Source: a virus
Lineage: Duplodnaviria > Caudoviricetes
Length of the DNA: 60,088 bases
Virus record (IMG/VR): IMGVR_UViG_3300005758_000016
Location: 1 to 60,088 of that record
Direction: 5' to 3' (one strand)
Part shown: piece by piece, positions 1 to 10,390 of the stretch
Numbering within the stretch: position 1 is the first letter of the stretch
Layout: each line of letters begins with the position of its first letter
Notes under the pieces: model-generated
Told to the model about the DNA's origin: nothing
Databases searched by the model: none
Seen by the model: the letters and a program-made list of their open reading frames with translations, nothing else
Translations under genes and position numbers: made by a program

Positions 1-420
1 AGTTGACTGGCTGGTACTAACTGTAGTAGTTTTTGTAGTACTCCAACTTGTAGTCCATGCAGAGTTCCAGCTAGTGGTCCAGGTTGTCGTTGTTGCCTGA
101 CTAGTTGACTGGCTGGTACTAACTGTAGTAGTTTTTGTAGTACTCCAGCTGGTAGCCCAATCTGTGGTCCAGCTGGTTGACCAGCTGGTGTTTGTTGATT
201 GACTTGTTACTTGTGTTGTTGATTGGGTAGTGCTTTTTGTTGTACTCCACACCGTTGTCCAACTAGTATTCCAACTAGTTGCCCAACTAGTATTAGTTGC
301 CTGACTAGTTGACTGACTGGTACTAACTGTAGTGGTTTTTGTAGTACTCCAGCTGGTAGTCCAGCTACTAGTCCACGTTGTTAGCCTGGTCCAACTTCCC
401 AGTAGAATTCTGGATGTCAT
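1..420 (-). CDS. Thr/Ser/Trp-rich repetitive protein (truncated by window edge; not in ORF track)
   Basis: ATG at 420 overlaps the stop of the upstream gene (ATGA). Frame is open to base 1: MTSRILLGSWTRLTTWTSSWTTSWSTTKTTTVSTSQSTSQATNTSWATSWNTSW... Confidence 0.75.
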   Translation of the reverse strand, partial: MTSRILLGSWTRLTTWTSSWTTSWSTTKTTTVSTSQSTSQATNTSWATSWNTSWTTVWSTTKSTTQSTTQVTSQSTNTSWSTSWTTDWATSWSTTKTTTVSTSQSTSQATTTTWTTSWNSAWTTSWSTTKTTTVSTSQST

Positions 421-2639
421 TTTGCATCCTTTGCCAGTATAAATCCTGTCCAAGTAAGTCCAGCATCGTGTGTATAAAAGCCCAATACATCACGTCCACT
501 AACTGTTAAGGTTGGTGCTACACCACCGGGCCACGTAATTCCAGTCCACCAAGTAATAACGTAAGCCCCAGCATTTGTTAACTCTAACACAAAACTGTGA
601 GTTGTTCCTGCTGCGGCCATGTTTGTTACAGTAAATGTAGTATTTGCAGTTATGGTTTTTGTAAATACATTACCAGCCGTTAGATTAATAGAGCTGTCAC
701 CTAAAGCTACCCGTACTTCTCTTAGTCCTGCAATTGTTGGTGCGGTTTCGTATACAACACCGTCAGAACCTGTTCCAGTAGATGGTTGAATGGTTATTGT
801 AACTGGACCGTAAACTTCTGAACCAACTTTAAAGCGCATTACGTATGTGCCTGTTAGTCCAAACTCGCTTCCAGGTAGTAACGAGTCAGCACTTCCAGTA
901 AAGTCAGTAGTAGTACTAGTTGTGGTGTAACTTCCACCATTAATACTCTTAAATATCTCTGTGTTAGGTGCTACATTTGTAAATGATATTTTTATATACG
1001 ACGCGGTGTCTAGTGTAGCTGTTGGATTTGTTACTTGTATCTTGCCTTTATACGGCATAAACCAGTTATCTGGATTGTACTTACGGAAATTCCCTGATTC
1101 AAAGGTTACAATATCGTGATCGCCGCCACTAACCGTAGTGTACCCGTCACCACTAGAAGTTAGCACAGTTTCAAACGTGCTTGCTGACGTGCCTAATATA
1201 GACCCTGCGTTGGAATAAAAATTAGGTAATAGTGTACTAATGCTTGAGTTTGCTAACAGTCCGTACGCTACGTCGTTTGCAATTAGTTTAGACCCTTCAG
1301 CATTGTGATGTAATCCGTCAGGTATAAACAGCCCCAGTCTTCCCACTTTCCAATGGTTGTAAGTAAAGTGTCCGTTTATAGTTGACAGCGCTTTAATACT
1401 GGTGTCAAGTGCTACCCAATTTGTGGCTTGAGTTTGTATTGTACTAGACACAGAGTTATCCGCGATTTCGCTGGTAAAACAGTTTGCTAAAATTCCGCTG
1501 GAGTTTAGGGTCCATTTAATAGGAATTACACCTTTGTTTTTTAAGGTGGTTGGCGTGAAATTAACATTATCGTACCACACCTCACTGCCGTATATTATTT
1601 TTGCGTTAGGTAGTCCGTTGCGTAGGGCCTGATATAAGCTAGTACTGTCTGCGATAATTTGTGCTTGAGTTCTTCCGCTTGCTACATCGTTTAGCCCTAA
1701 CATAACAATAACTATGTCTGGGTTTTGTTCAATACACTCCTGTACCATAGTATTACTACCGTACAAGGCATTAGTGTATGCGGTATAGTAAGTACTACCG
1801 CCTTTTGCCAAATCTGTAAACTCGCAGCGATCACCAAATTGATTTATATAGTTGCTTAAATACTCAACCCAATGTCCTGTTCTAGCGGGATTTTGCGCAC
1901 TAAGAGAATCTCCTATAACCGCTATCTTTACCAGATTTAAAATTGAGGCACCAGTAATGTTACCGCTTCCTAGTAGACTGGTATTATTTATTCTTTTTAA
2001 CTGTGAATTTTCGAATCTACTAGTAGTTGCGTTATACGCTAGTGTATCTCCACTAGACAATGAGCTTAGCTGTACTAATTCGTCATTTTGTAGTTTGCTA
2101 CCTAGGCTAACTCGGACCTGTAGTACACCTGCGCTACTATGCGAGTTAACTACAGCAGCAACAGTAATCTTGTTATTAGGCGCAGCCGGCATAGTTGACG
2201 TAAAGGCACCTGCAGTAGTTGCGCTTGCATACAGTACAGTACTAGCAGCCCAGGCGGAGGTATTTAAGTTATAGATTGTTCCGTGATCTATTACAAAGCC
2301 GTCGCCACCATCAGGTATAGTTTCTGATACAACACCCATAAAATATTCGCTGGGTGTTGTGCCATTTGCTAAAAATGGTGCGATCAGCAGCTTACCGCTG
2401 CTGCCGACTGTACCTACAAAACCAACTAATGTGCCTTTGCTAATTGATGAGCCGGTTTGGTTTTTTACATAAAAACCCTGATTGCCGCCAACTTCTACAA
2501 TATACTGTGATATACCATTATCTCGTTTTAAGAAAAGTTTGCCGTCATATGTATTAACAGCAAACTCTCCTAAATCCAAATCTGTAGTAAGAGGTACTTT
2601 TCCTTCTACACTGCTACGTTTTACTGTTATTTTTGCCAT
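417..2639 (-). CDS. Tail fibre/spike-like protein with SGNH (GDSL) esterase domain
   Basis: Fibre-type N-terminus (KITVKRS..GEFAVN..DGKLF); SGNH blocks IGDSLS, LGLND, DGLH. Confidence 0.75.
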   Translation of the reverse strand: MAKITVKRSSVEGKVPLTTDLDLGEFAVNTYDGKLFLKRDNGISQYIVEVGGNQGFYVKNQTGSSISKGTLVGFVGTVGSSGKLLIAPFLANGTTPSEYFMGVVSETIPDGGDGFVIDHGTIYNLNTSAWAASTVLYASATTAGAFTSTMPAAPNNKITVAAVVNSHSSAGVLQVRVSLGSKLQNDELVQLSSLSSGDTLAYNATTSRFENSQLKRINNTSLLGSGNITGASILNLVKIAVIGDSLSAQNPARTGHWVEYLSNYINQFGDRCEFTDLAKGGSTYYTAYTNALYGSNTMVQECIEQNPDIVIVMLGLNDVASGRTQAQIIADSTSLYQALRNGLPNAKIIYGSEVWYDNVNFTPTTLKNKGVIPIKWTLNSSGILANCFTSEIADNSVSSTIQTQATNWVALDTSIKALSTINGHFTYNHWKVGRLGLFIPDGLHHNAEGSKLIANDVAYGLLANSSISTLLPNFYSNAGSILGTSASTFETVLTSSGDGYTTVSGGDHDIVTFESGNFRKYNPDNWFMPYKGKIQVTNPTATLDTASYIKISFTNVAPNTEIFKSINGGSYTTTSTTTDFTGSADSLLPGSEFGLTGTYVMRFKVGSEVYGPVTITIQPSTGTGSDGVVYETAPTIAGLREVRVALGDSSINLTAGNVFTKTITANTTFTVTNMAAAGTTHSFVLELTNAGAYVITWWTGITWPGGVAPTLTVSGRDVLGFYTHDAGLTWTGFILAKDAK

Positions 2640-2678
2640 ACGGCTACCTTTCTTGCTTATATAAGCACGGTAAATTAA

Positions 2679-3995
2679 TTAGTATGTACCACCATCAATA
2701 GCACTAATTGTAGCCAAACCTGATGTTACTGTAAATTGATTAATATCAAACTGTGCTAACCCTTTTACGGAAGTGCTTGCTGTTGGAATTGCAGCAGAAC
2801 TGATTGCAGTAATCAAACCTTTGGCATTTACTGTCACAGTTGGTACTGTTACAGTGTCACCAAAGCTGCCTACATTACTATTAACTGTAGCTAATGTTAG
2901 TGCTGCACTTACGTTAGTACTGCCGTCAAAAGAACTTAGTGTTGCTGTGGCATCGCCAGTTAAACTTAAATTACGTGCTGTAGCTAGTTTAGTTGTGGTG
3001 TCAGCATTACCTTTTAATGCACCATACACGTTAGCAACATTTAAATCTTTGTTTAAATTCCAACGATCGTCTGCGCTTGTGTAAGTGAGCGTAGCAGCAG
3101 CCCCACCGATTGTAATACCCGCACCATTGGCTTGAGCAGAGTTTGCAGCGTCTTTTGCTAGTAAAATATTAATATCAGATACTGATACTTCTGTAGAATT
3201 AACAGTGGTTGTTGTTCCTTGAACTGTTAAATTACCTGTAATTACAGCATTACCAGATATATTAATATTTGTAGAAGTAATGTCATCACTGTTTAAGGAA
3301 CCATTAACAGTGACATTATTAAAGGTTACATTGTCAGTTGTTCCAACAGCTTGGCCGATTGCAAAACTTACTTGATTATTTGTTACAGTAGTGGTTACTC
3401 CAGTACCGCCGGCAAAAGTTAGTGTATCAGTACCAAGAGTAACTGAATCAGTGCCAGTAGTACCAGCAATATTCAATGACGTAGCTATACTAATAGAGGC
3501 TGTACTTACGGCGGTAATAAGACCTTTGGCGTTGACAGTTATTACAGGTACAGTAGTAGTGTTACCATACGTACCCACATCACTATTAACTGTAGCTAAT
3601 GTTACTGCAGCGCTTATATTAGCACTACCGTCAAAAGAGCTTAGTGTTGCTGAGGCATCACCAATTAAACTCAAGTTACGAGCTGTGGCCAGTTTAGTCG
3701 CCGTGTCAGCATTGCCAGTAATATTAGCTGCTAAATTACCACTACCATCACGCTTAGCCAAAGTATTCGGTGTTGCTAAACTAGTAGCGGCTGTAATCAT
3801 GTCAGTAAAGTATTTACCTCCGATTACAACGTGGTTAACGGCGTTGCCGGCCGTTTCTGTACCCATACCGATGTATAGTCTGTCTCCACCATTACTACCA
3901 TTATCGGCTAAAGCACTGTAAGCTAGCTCACCTGCGGCTAATACTGCTGGATTCCCACTAACTTCGCTGCGCTTAATTCTTAATATTGAACTCAT
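2679..3995 (-). CDS. Fibre-like structural protein with internal duplication
   Basis: IKRS..GELA N-terminus; two copies of GNADTxTKLATARNLSL...VPxxTVNAKGLITA; C-terminal DGGTY. Confidence 0.7.
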   Translation of the reverse strand: MSSILRIKRSEVSGNPAVLAAGELAYSALADNGSNGGDRLYIGMGTETAGNAVNHVVIGGKYFTDMITAATSLATPNTLAKRDGSGNLAANITGNADTATKLATARNLSLIGDASATLSSFDGSANISAAVTLATVNSDVGTYGNTTTVPVITVNAKGLITAVSTASISIATSLNIAGTTGTDSVTLGTDTLTFAGGTGVTTTVTNNQVSFAIGQAVGTTDNVTFNNVTVNGSLNSDDITSTNINISGNAVITGNLTVQGTTTTVNSTEVSVSDINILLAKDAANSAQANGAGITIGGAAATLTYTSADDRWNLNKDLNVANVYGALKGNADTTTKLATARNLSLTGDATATLSSFDGSTNVSAALTLATVNSNVGSFGDTVTVPTVTVNAKGLITAISSAAIPTASTSVKGLAQFDINQFTVTSGLATISAIDGGTY

Positions 3996-4007
3996 TTAAA
4001 ATTCTCC

Positions 4008-4247
4008 TTAGAACTGACCAGCTTCGAAAATTTGATTTTCTAACTTGTTAGTTGCTGTCCAGGTTTGTGTGGCGCTATCATATACTAGTACACCACCATT
4101 CTGTAAGTTTGTAAGGTCTATATCCGCTAAATTACTAACTGATATAGCTTGAGGAGGCGGCATAAGTCCAGTAACTACAGTTGTAGCTTTTTTATCTTCT
4201 ACAATAACCGTGCCATTATCACATGATGTCACTACTATCTTGGTCAT
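4008..4247 (-). CDS. Small virion-associated hypothetical protein
   Basis: ORF in the fibre operon with short-fibre motif L.D.DL..L..G.VLVYD...W. Confidence 0.6.
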   Translation of the reverse strand: MTKIVVTSCDNGTVIVEDKKATTVVTGLMPPPQAISVSNLADIDLTNLQNGGVLVYDSATQTWTATNKLENQIFEAGQF

Positions 4248-4834
4248 CTTGTTACCTCCGGCACTAGAGTAAGATTACCTACTAGGAAAGGTACTACTTC
4301 ATTTGCAGTATACAGCTCTACACTATATACTGCTGTTACGAAATTAAATTGACTAGTAGTATTGGCGGAAAGCCGTACTGTGATAACTTTCTGAACATTG
4401 TCTATTAATATTTGACCACTATCACTAGTAGCTTCGTAGATAACCTCAGGACTATCTACAGTTTCTCTTATTTGCATTCTAGCTTTGTAGTTGGCTATAG
4501 GTACTGGCATATTATACTCAACTACTCCACCACTAGTATATGCTGAGTAAAGCAAACTATTAACTTGATTTATTGTGATAGTATCGTTTGTTGTAGAAGT
4601 ACCAATATAGTACCCATCTCCTACACTGTTTATTTCTTTCATACCACCTGCACCAACTACTTTAAATCTCCAATTAGTTGGCATATCGTGATTGTTACTT
4701 GTGGTAATTACACAAGGAGCACTTTTAGATATGTTGCTGATAGGTGCATAAACCTTTGTTAATGATTCCCATCTGTACGTTTCTTCAAATGTGCTGCCTT
4801 GATACATTTTATAGTTAATTTTAGCTGGCTGCAT
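4244..4834 (-). CDS. Putative fibre adaptor/baseplate-type structural protein
   Basis: QGSTF...ARMQIR...AVYSVEL pattern typical of phage fibre adaptor proteins; operon context. Confidence 0.55.
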   Translation of the reverse strand: MQPAKINYKMYQGSTFEETYRWESLTKVYAPISNISKSAPCVITTSNNHDMPTNWRFKVVGAGGMKEINSVGDGYYIGTSTTNDTITINQVNSLLYSAYTSGGVVEYNMPVPIANYKARMQIRETVDSPEVIYEATSDSGQILIDNVQKVITVRLSANTTSQFNFVTAVYSVELYTANEVVPFLVGNLTLVPEVTR

Positions 4835-5180
4835 TTGCTGCCTCCTTAGCTTCTTGTAATATAGCTAGTTGTTTAAAGGCATTTAGTTGATTAGTCAAAG
4901 CTACTACCTCTGTTTGTAGCTTGTCATTTTCAATACATAATTTACGAAGTTGCGTATTTAACTGAATTATTTCTTGTTGAAGCTTGCTTAATTCTTTGCT
5001 AAGTGTAAGGTTTTGCGCACTCATGCGGTTAAGTTCTTCATGCATTAATTCTAGCACACTAGTTTCAGTACTTGATATAAGCCAGTCCTTCATAAGTTTT
5101 TTTATACCAAATACTAGTGCAATTACTGCTAATGCCACCACAGAGATAGTTTGTAGTACTGTATTGCTATCTACTTCCAT
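4821..5180 (-). CDS. Membrane-anchored coiled-coil protein
   Basis: N-terminal hydrophobic helix followed by heptad coiled coil; GGAG RBS. Confidence 0.6.
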   Translation of the reverse strand: MEVDSNTVLQTISVVALAVIALVFGIKKLMKDWLISSTETSVLELMHEELNRMSAQNLTLSKELSKLQQEIIQLNTQLRKLCIENDKLQTEVVALTNQLNAFKQLAILQEAKEAANAAS

Positions 5181-5305
5181 ATTTTACAGTCTCCTATACT
5201 AGCAGTAATATAAATATTTCTGCGATTTATAATCTATGTTATGCCGATTATAACTGTCTGCTGCTTGATTAGAGCTTTTGCAGACACTTATAAACATTTT
5301 TGTAT

Positions 5306-5334
5306 ATTATACCATAAGGGCATGTTTTTGTCAA
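5306..5334 (-). promoter_or_regulatory. Sigma70 promoter for fibre operon
   Basis: TTGACA-17 nt-TATAAT perfect consensus. Confidence 0.8.
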
Positions 5335-5337
5335 TGC

Positions 5338-5368
5338 AAAAAATACCCTGCCCATTTTCATGGGCAGG
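5338..5368 (-). terminator. Intrinsic terminator
   Basis: CTGCCCAT/ATGGGCAG hairpin followed by U-rich tract on the minus strand. Confidence 0.6.
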
Positions 5369-5403
5369 ATTATTAGTACTTATTATATTGTATTGTAATA
5401 TGT

Positions 5404-5753
5404 CTATTGCGATATATTGACACCAACGTTAGGTTGGCTTAATTCAGCTGTATCACGCTCTACAGCAGTTTTTATATATAAAGAATATAGTATGTTATAT
5501 AAATATAAATGTGTTGCAGTTTTGCCGGTTTCAAGACCTGTACTTGGATCTAGAATAGGAAAACTGGCCTCTGGATCAAATTTTTTAGATATATATATCC
5601 AACGTATTTAGTTATTTGTGTATCTTGAAGCGGTATAATGTCTTGTTCATCAAACCTAATCCACTTGTCGCTTGAATTTAGCGAATTATAAATATGTATT
5701 TCATGACAACGTCTCCACATTGTACCAATAATGTCTTGTTCTTTATAATTCAT
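5404..5753 (-). pseudogene. Fibre-associated protein frameshifted in an (AT)5 tract
   Basis: Removing one AT at 5589-5598 extends the 67-aa ORF to 115 aa ending FDPEASFPILDPSTGLETGKTATHLYLYNILYSLYIKTAVERD... Confidence 0.65.
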
Positions 5754-8700
5754 TATACATCCTTAGATTCTAAAACCGCCAATTTCAGTAAAGCTACATC
5801 AATTTTTTGTTTTAACATTTCGTTTTCATCAATTAGTTCTTGTACTGCTTTTACAAGGTGAACATGAATTGTGTCAGGTGTAATTGCTAATAGGTCTTGA
5901 GAATCTTGAGGTAGGTTGGGTAAAGGTATTACAGCTTCTGGAATGTAGTCTTTTACATTTTGCGCAAAATATCCAATATGTACCTTTTTTCGTACGTCTT
6001 GTTTAAATGTAAAGTATCTTGGAATTAATCCACGTATCCTTGCACAAGCATTGTCTGCAACTAACCCTACTTCATCCTTTAAGCTTTCATCGGAGCCAGC
6101 AGACCAGCTCTGGGCCCCACTAGCTATATACATACCTACCGAGTTATTATTATATACTAGAAAGTTGCCTCCGCTATCAGGTCCGAAAAACCATTTCGAA
6201 CCTGGGAGGCTACCACTACGATTTTCAATAGTAGCAGTGCTTCCTCCACTAATAGAAACGGAACTGGAGCTGTAAAGTGAGCTTACTTCTATCCATGTTC
6301 CATCTGCTCTCATGTACTTGGTAACACTACCATCTGGAATAGTATATGTATAGTTACCCCACTTCAATCTACCGGCACACTCCACAGCTATACCCCCTGA
6401 AGCGTGGGAATTAATAGCCCTAACCGCAATCCCTGTGGATTGGGAACAGCTAAAGTATCCGCCTACTATGGTTCCTTGTCCTAGTACTCCGATGCCTTTA
6501 TCAGTTTGAGTACCTATACCCATTACGCCGACATTATACGCTACAGAGGCTGCACTAGCACCTGCCTGTCCAAGAAACCCGGCTCTAACACTACTTGAAC
6601 TAAAGGGGTTTGTTAGTGCTAATGCTCTAGAACTGTAGTCTACGTCGTAAACTTGAGTATTAATTAAGGTTAGTTGTGTAGAAGTGCTTCTGCCTTCAAA
6701 TGAAGAATCTCCTGATGTGATAATACTACCGGAAAAAATCGCATCACCATTTATACCGACAGTTACGGTAGCTACACCATTTTTTGCAGCTATTAACCCT
6801 TGTGAAGTAATAGCTAAACCACTACCTCCAGTAATTGCTCCGGTAGAACTATTCCAAGTGATACTACCTACTTTCAAGCTACCACTATCATTAGGCTGTA
6901 TAGACCCTGTTAATATAGTATTTGCAGTTTTATCTATTAGATTATCTATATTAGGTATTTCGCCGTCTAACCCACCAATACCTACTATAGTTGCAGTACT
7001 CCATTCACCTATGCTAATAGTATCGGTATTAGTACTGGAACTAGCTACTGCTTGTCTAACCCATAGATACTCTCCTTTAGAGATACTAGGGGCTGATCTA
7101 GTCCAGGAACCTAGTGTTAGTCCTGTTAAGCTATTAGTACTAAAGGTATATGTTGCTGTTCCACTAAAAGCTGCAGGTGCTGTACTAGAACTAGTATTTT
7201 TTGCGTATAGTTCTACAGTAGCTGTATTGATACCGTTAGTACCGTTAACACCCCCAACACTTGTTACAACAGCTCCAGAAAACTCAGCAGAGTCTATAGT
7301 ATCCGTAGTTGAGCTACTAGCTGCTGTAGCATATCGTACCCATAAGTACTCACCGTTACTAATACTAGGTGCTGTAGTACTCCAGCCATTTAGTGTACCA
7401 CCACTTAGTGTTGAGGTACTAAATGTATAAGTAAAAGTTCCACTAAAAGCTGCAGGTGCTGTACTAGAACTAGTATTTTTTGCGTATAGTGCTACAGTAG
7501 CTGTATTGATACCGTTAGTACCGTTAACACCCCCAACACTTGTTACAACAGCTCCAGAAAATTCAGCAGAGTCTATTGAATCAGTTGTTGAGCTACTAGC
7601 TGCTGTAGCATATCGTACCCATAAGTACTCACCGTTACTAATACTAGGTGCTGTAGTACTCCAGCCATTTAGTGTACCACCACTTAGTGTTGAGGTACTA
7701 AATGTATAAGTAAAGGTTCCACTAAAAGCTGCAGGTGGAGCACTAGAACTAGTATTTTTTGCGTATAGTGCTACAGTAGCTGTATTGATACCGCTTAAAC
7801 CAGGTGCCCCTTCACGACTCTTACTTAAAGTTAATACTTTTACAAGGGTAACATCACCTATACTAGCTGCGAGTTCTACTTCTGCAAAGTCTGATATAAC
7901 TCCACCACTAGAAATACTCAGTGATCCTGTACTACTTAACAGTACCTTTGATGAATCGGTTCCTGTTTGCGATACAATAGAGTAAGTTACACCACTTGTT
8001 AATAGTTCCGACCCTCTCAACAATACCATCTGACAGGTAATTGGATATTGACCGGCTGCGACTATGCCAAGACTATCAGCTGTTAGTGTTTGATTTTCAT
8101 TGCTTAAAGTAAGGACTAGAGTATCATCACCTTCCTTGACATTGTACAAAGAAATAAAATCGAATACAAAAAGTGCTGGATTTGCTGTACTAGTTACTTC
8201 ACACTTAATCAGTTTTCGTGCATCACTAAAGGCTGGTACAACAATTGATAAATCATCTTGATACTGTGGCTGTTGTATATTATCAATATACCACGTATAT
8301 ACAGCATCTGCTACATTTTGTGCAGTAGCTGTAATAGTAGTATTAGCAGGAGTTATTTGACCGGTATTTTTTAATGTTGTAAATATTTGATTAGTTGTAG
8401 TTAAATTAACTTGTGGAGCACTATCACCATCTACAGTTTTATTAAAACGTACTTGTTTGTATAAAGTTACACCAGCATATGTAAATGCCAACGTAAATCC
8501 GGCAAACTTTTTAGTAACATCAACTACACGTACACGACCTGGTGTAACTGTATCCATTGTTGCAACTACACCATCTAGGTCTTGTAGTTGGTAGAGTATA
8601 TTTTGTGGTGAAATAATCTCTATACCACGAACAAGAAAGGTATCTAAAAGCAAAGGAAATTGTGTTGCGTCCGGAATTCCTTGGCTATCACAAGTAATTA

Positions 8701-10381
8701 CGTTTACATCTGGAGATACTGTGGCGACTAATGCATCACTACCTTCTTGTAAATAATACAATGTCCACTGATCTGTTAACGTAATTGTTTCACCAAAACT
8801 ATTCAGACCAGTTATACTTACTTCCACAGTTTTAGATACTTGGGTAGAAAATTTTGGTATACGAATAAAACTATTGGTTTCTGTAGGTTGTAGTATACCG
8901 TCAATACGCCAATCGTATTCTAATGCGCCACCAGGTACAAGCGGATCAATATTGCTAACGCTCACTGCTACATCAATATATTCTGGCCAAATATCTCCTA
9001 CATCACCATTAGCAGGCTTGACAAAGGCTAGTCGTTCAGAATTTAGTTTAACTTGAGGTGCGCTGGCTCCAGTTACGCCTTGTTTGCTTTTAGACAAGTT
9101 TTGACGTACAACACGCGTATCAACTAATCCGGCACGAGTCACATATCTAATCGTATAGTCTATATGGGCCGTATCTGTTGTCATATTGGCGTGTTCAGGA
9201 AATTCAACATAGTTTAAAGCTACTATTGGTTGATCTTCTGGTACAATACCAACACCTGTAATTGAATCGATTCTCCAACTACCTTTTAGGACACCCTGTA
9301 AATCTGTTCGTAATAATTGAGCTCCTTCATATACTCGTATCTGAGTACCGGATTCCAAATACTCACCCTGGTCAACAACACCGTTTTCATCAGCCTGCAG
9401 CTGTGCTACCGGATTGCTAAGCTCTACTGTAATTTGACTTGTACCATTATTTAGGCGATTTATGGTAAGCTGATCAAAAACATTGCCAATCCTTGCTTCA
9501 ACAACTATGTAACCAATAGTATTATTAACATGAAATTGTTGGTTGGTAATTGTGATGGTATTATCTTGTTGCGTAAACTGTACAGGCGAAAGTATTTCTA
9601 TACCTTCGCGAGTATATGCCTTTATCAAGAAAGTTGGTATACCACTTAAATTAAATAGCAAGGCTGTTACAGTAGTACTTGTGGTTTGTGCTAAAACAGC
9701 ATTTTCATCTAGATAAATAAAATTTGCTGGCGACGCACTAATGCGAATTTGTGGGGCTTCTTGCCCCACACCGTAAACTAGATTAAGGTCACGAATAACA
9801 GTAACTCCGGAGTACTCGGCACTAAACGACACACTGGCAACTGTGGTGCCAGTGTCCCATCCTGTTACGTTATACACACCTGTTTGTGCATCAATAGTTA
9901 CTTGTAATCCGTTAGTGGCAGTATTTGGTATAATACTATAAACTGGGCCTGTTCCGGTTACTTCTAAACTAGCATCCCAGACTCTAAAAATACCTGTAGC
10001 CTGGCTCCAGTCAATTTCTCCGGTTTCTAAATTCTGTAGAAATACAGGATCATTTGTTAGTTCGCCGTAAACAGTGGTAAGTTCGTCATACGTTTTTGCA
10101 ACAAGTTCATCAGAAATAGTGTATACATCGGGATCAATTTTACTAATAAACGCATAGCGCACATAGTAGTATGTATTGATCTCTAACTCGTCTAAACTAA
10201 CTGAACTGCCAATACCAAAATCTTTAGAAACTAGCAGTTGAGGGTCAAAACCTGATGTTTTACTTATCCATACACGTATACCAAGTAAGTCGTCACGAAC
10301 ATCTTCGGTTCTAATAGTGTCATACCTGGTACTATAGATTAGGTGGAGTTTTCTAATACCAGGGTATAGATTTACTGACAT
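5753..10381 (-). CDS. Long tail fibre with C-terminal intramolecular chaperone (peptidase S74-like)
   Basis: Ig-like repeats; C-terminal SDESLK..GYFAQ..LVKAVQEL motif. Confidence 0.8.
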   Translation of the reverse strand: MSVNLYPGIRKLHLIYSTRYDTIRTEDVRDDLLGIRVWISKTSGFDPQLLVSKDFGIGSSVSLDELEINTYYYVRYAFISKIDPDVYTISDELVAKTYDELTTVYGELTNDPVFLQNLETGEIDWSQATGIFRVWDASLEVTGTGPVYSIIPNTATNGLQVTIDAQTGVYNVTGWDTGTTVASVSFSAEYSGVTVIRDLNLVYGVGQEAPQIRISASPANFIYLDENAVLAQTTSTTVTALLFNLSGIPTFLIKAYTREGIEILSPVQFTQQDNTITITNQQFHVNNTIGYIVVEARIGNVFDQLTINRLNNGTSQITVELSNPVAQLQADENGVVDQGEYLESGTQIRVYEGAQLLRTDLQGVLKGSWRIDSITGVGIVPEDQPIVALNYVEFPEHANMTTDTAHIDYTIRYVTRAGLVDTRVVRQNLSKSKQGVTGASAPQVKLNSERLAFVKPANGDVGDIWPEYIDVAVSVSNIDPLVPGGALEYDWRIDGILQPTETNSFIRIPKFSTQVSKTVEVSITGLNSFGETITLTDQWTLYYLQEGSDALVATVSPDVNVITCDSQGIPDATQFPLLLDTFLVRGIEIISPQNILYQLQDLDGVVATMDTVTPGRVRVVDVTKKFAGFTLAFTYAGVTLYKQVRFNKTVDGDSAPQVNLTTTNQIFTTLKNTGQITPANTTITATAQNVADAVYTWYIDNIQQPQYQDDLSIVVPAFSDARKLIKCEVTSTANPALFVFDFISLYNVKEGDDTLVLTLSNENQTLTADSLGIVAAGQYPITCQMVLLRGSELLTSGVTYSIVSQTGTDSSKVLLSSTGSLSISSGGVISDFAEVELAASIGDVTLVKVLTLSKSREGAPGLSGINTATVALYAKNTSSSAPPAAFSGTFTYTFSTSTLSGGTLNGWSTTAPSISNGEYLWVRYATAASSSTTDSIDSAEFSGAVVTSVGGVNGTNGINTATVALYAKNTSSSTAPAAFSGTFTYTFSTSTLSGGTLNGWSTTAPSISNGEYLWVRYATAASSSTTDTIDSAEFSGAVVTSVGGVNGTNGINTATVELYAKNTSSSTAPAAFSGTATYTFSTNSLTGLTLGSWTRSAPSISKGEYLWVRQAVASSSTNTDTISIGEWSTATIVGIGGLDGEIPNIDNLIDKTANTILTGSIQPNDSGSLKVGSITWNSSTGAITGGSGLAITSQGLIAAKNGVATVTVGINGDAIFSGSIITSGDSSFEGRSTSTQLTLINTQVYDVDYSSRALALTNPFSSSSVRAGFLGQAGASAASVAYNVGVMGIGTQTDKGIGVLGQGTIVGGYFSCSQSTGIAVRAINSHASGGIAVECAGRLKWGNYTYTIPDGSVTKYMRADGTWIEVSSLYSSSSVSISGGSTATIENRSGSLPGSKWFFGPDSGGNFLVYNNNSVGMYIASGAQSWSAGSDESLKDEVGLVADNACARIRGLIPRYFTFKQDVRKKVHIGYFAQNVKDYIPEAVIPLPNLPQDSQDLLAITPDTIHVHLVKAVQELIDENEMLKQKIDVALLKLAVLESKDV
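6977..7793 (-). repeat. Three tandem 279-bp (93-aa) repeats in tail fibre
   Basis: TGTATTGATACCG at 7223, 7502 and 7781; two copies near-identical at DNA level. Confidence 0.9.
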
Positions 10382-10390
10382 AGGTATCCT

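Noticed and set aside
6977-7793. Fibre repeats as a diversity-generating retroelement TR/VR pair
   Set aside because: In-frame tandem domain repeats, no adenine-specific divergence pattern, and no reverse transcriptase in the window
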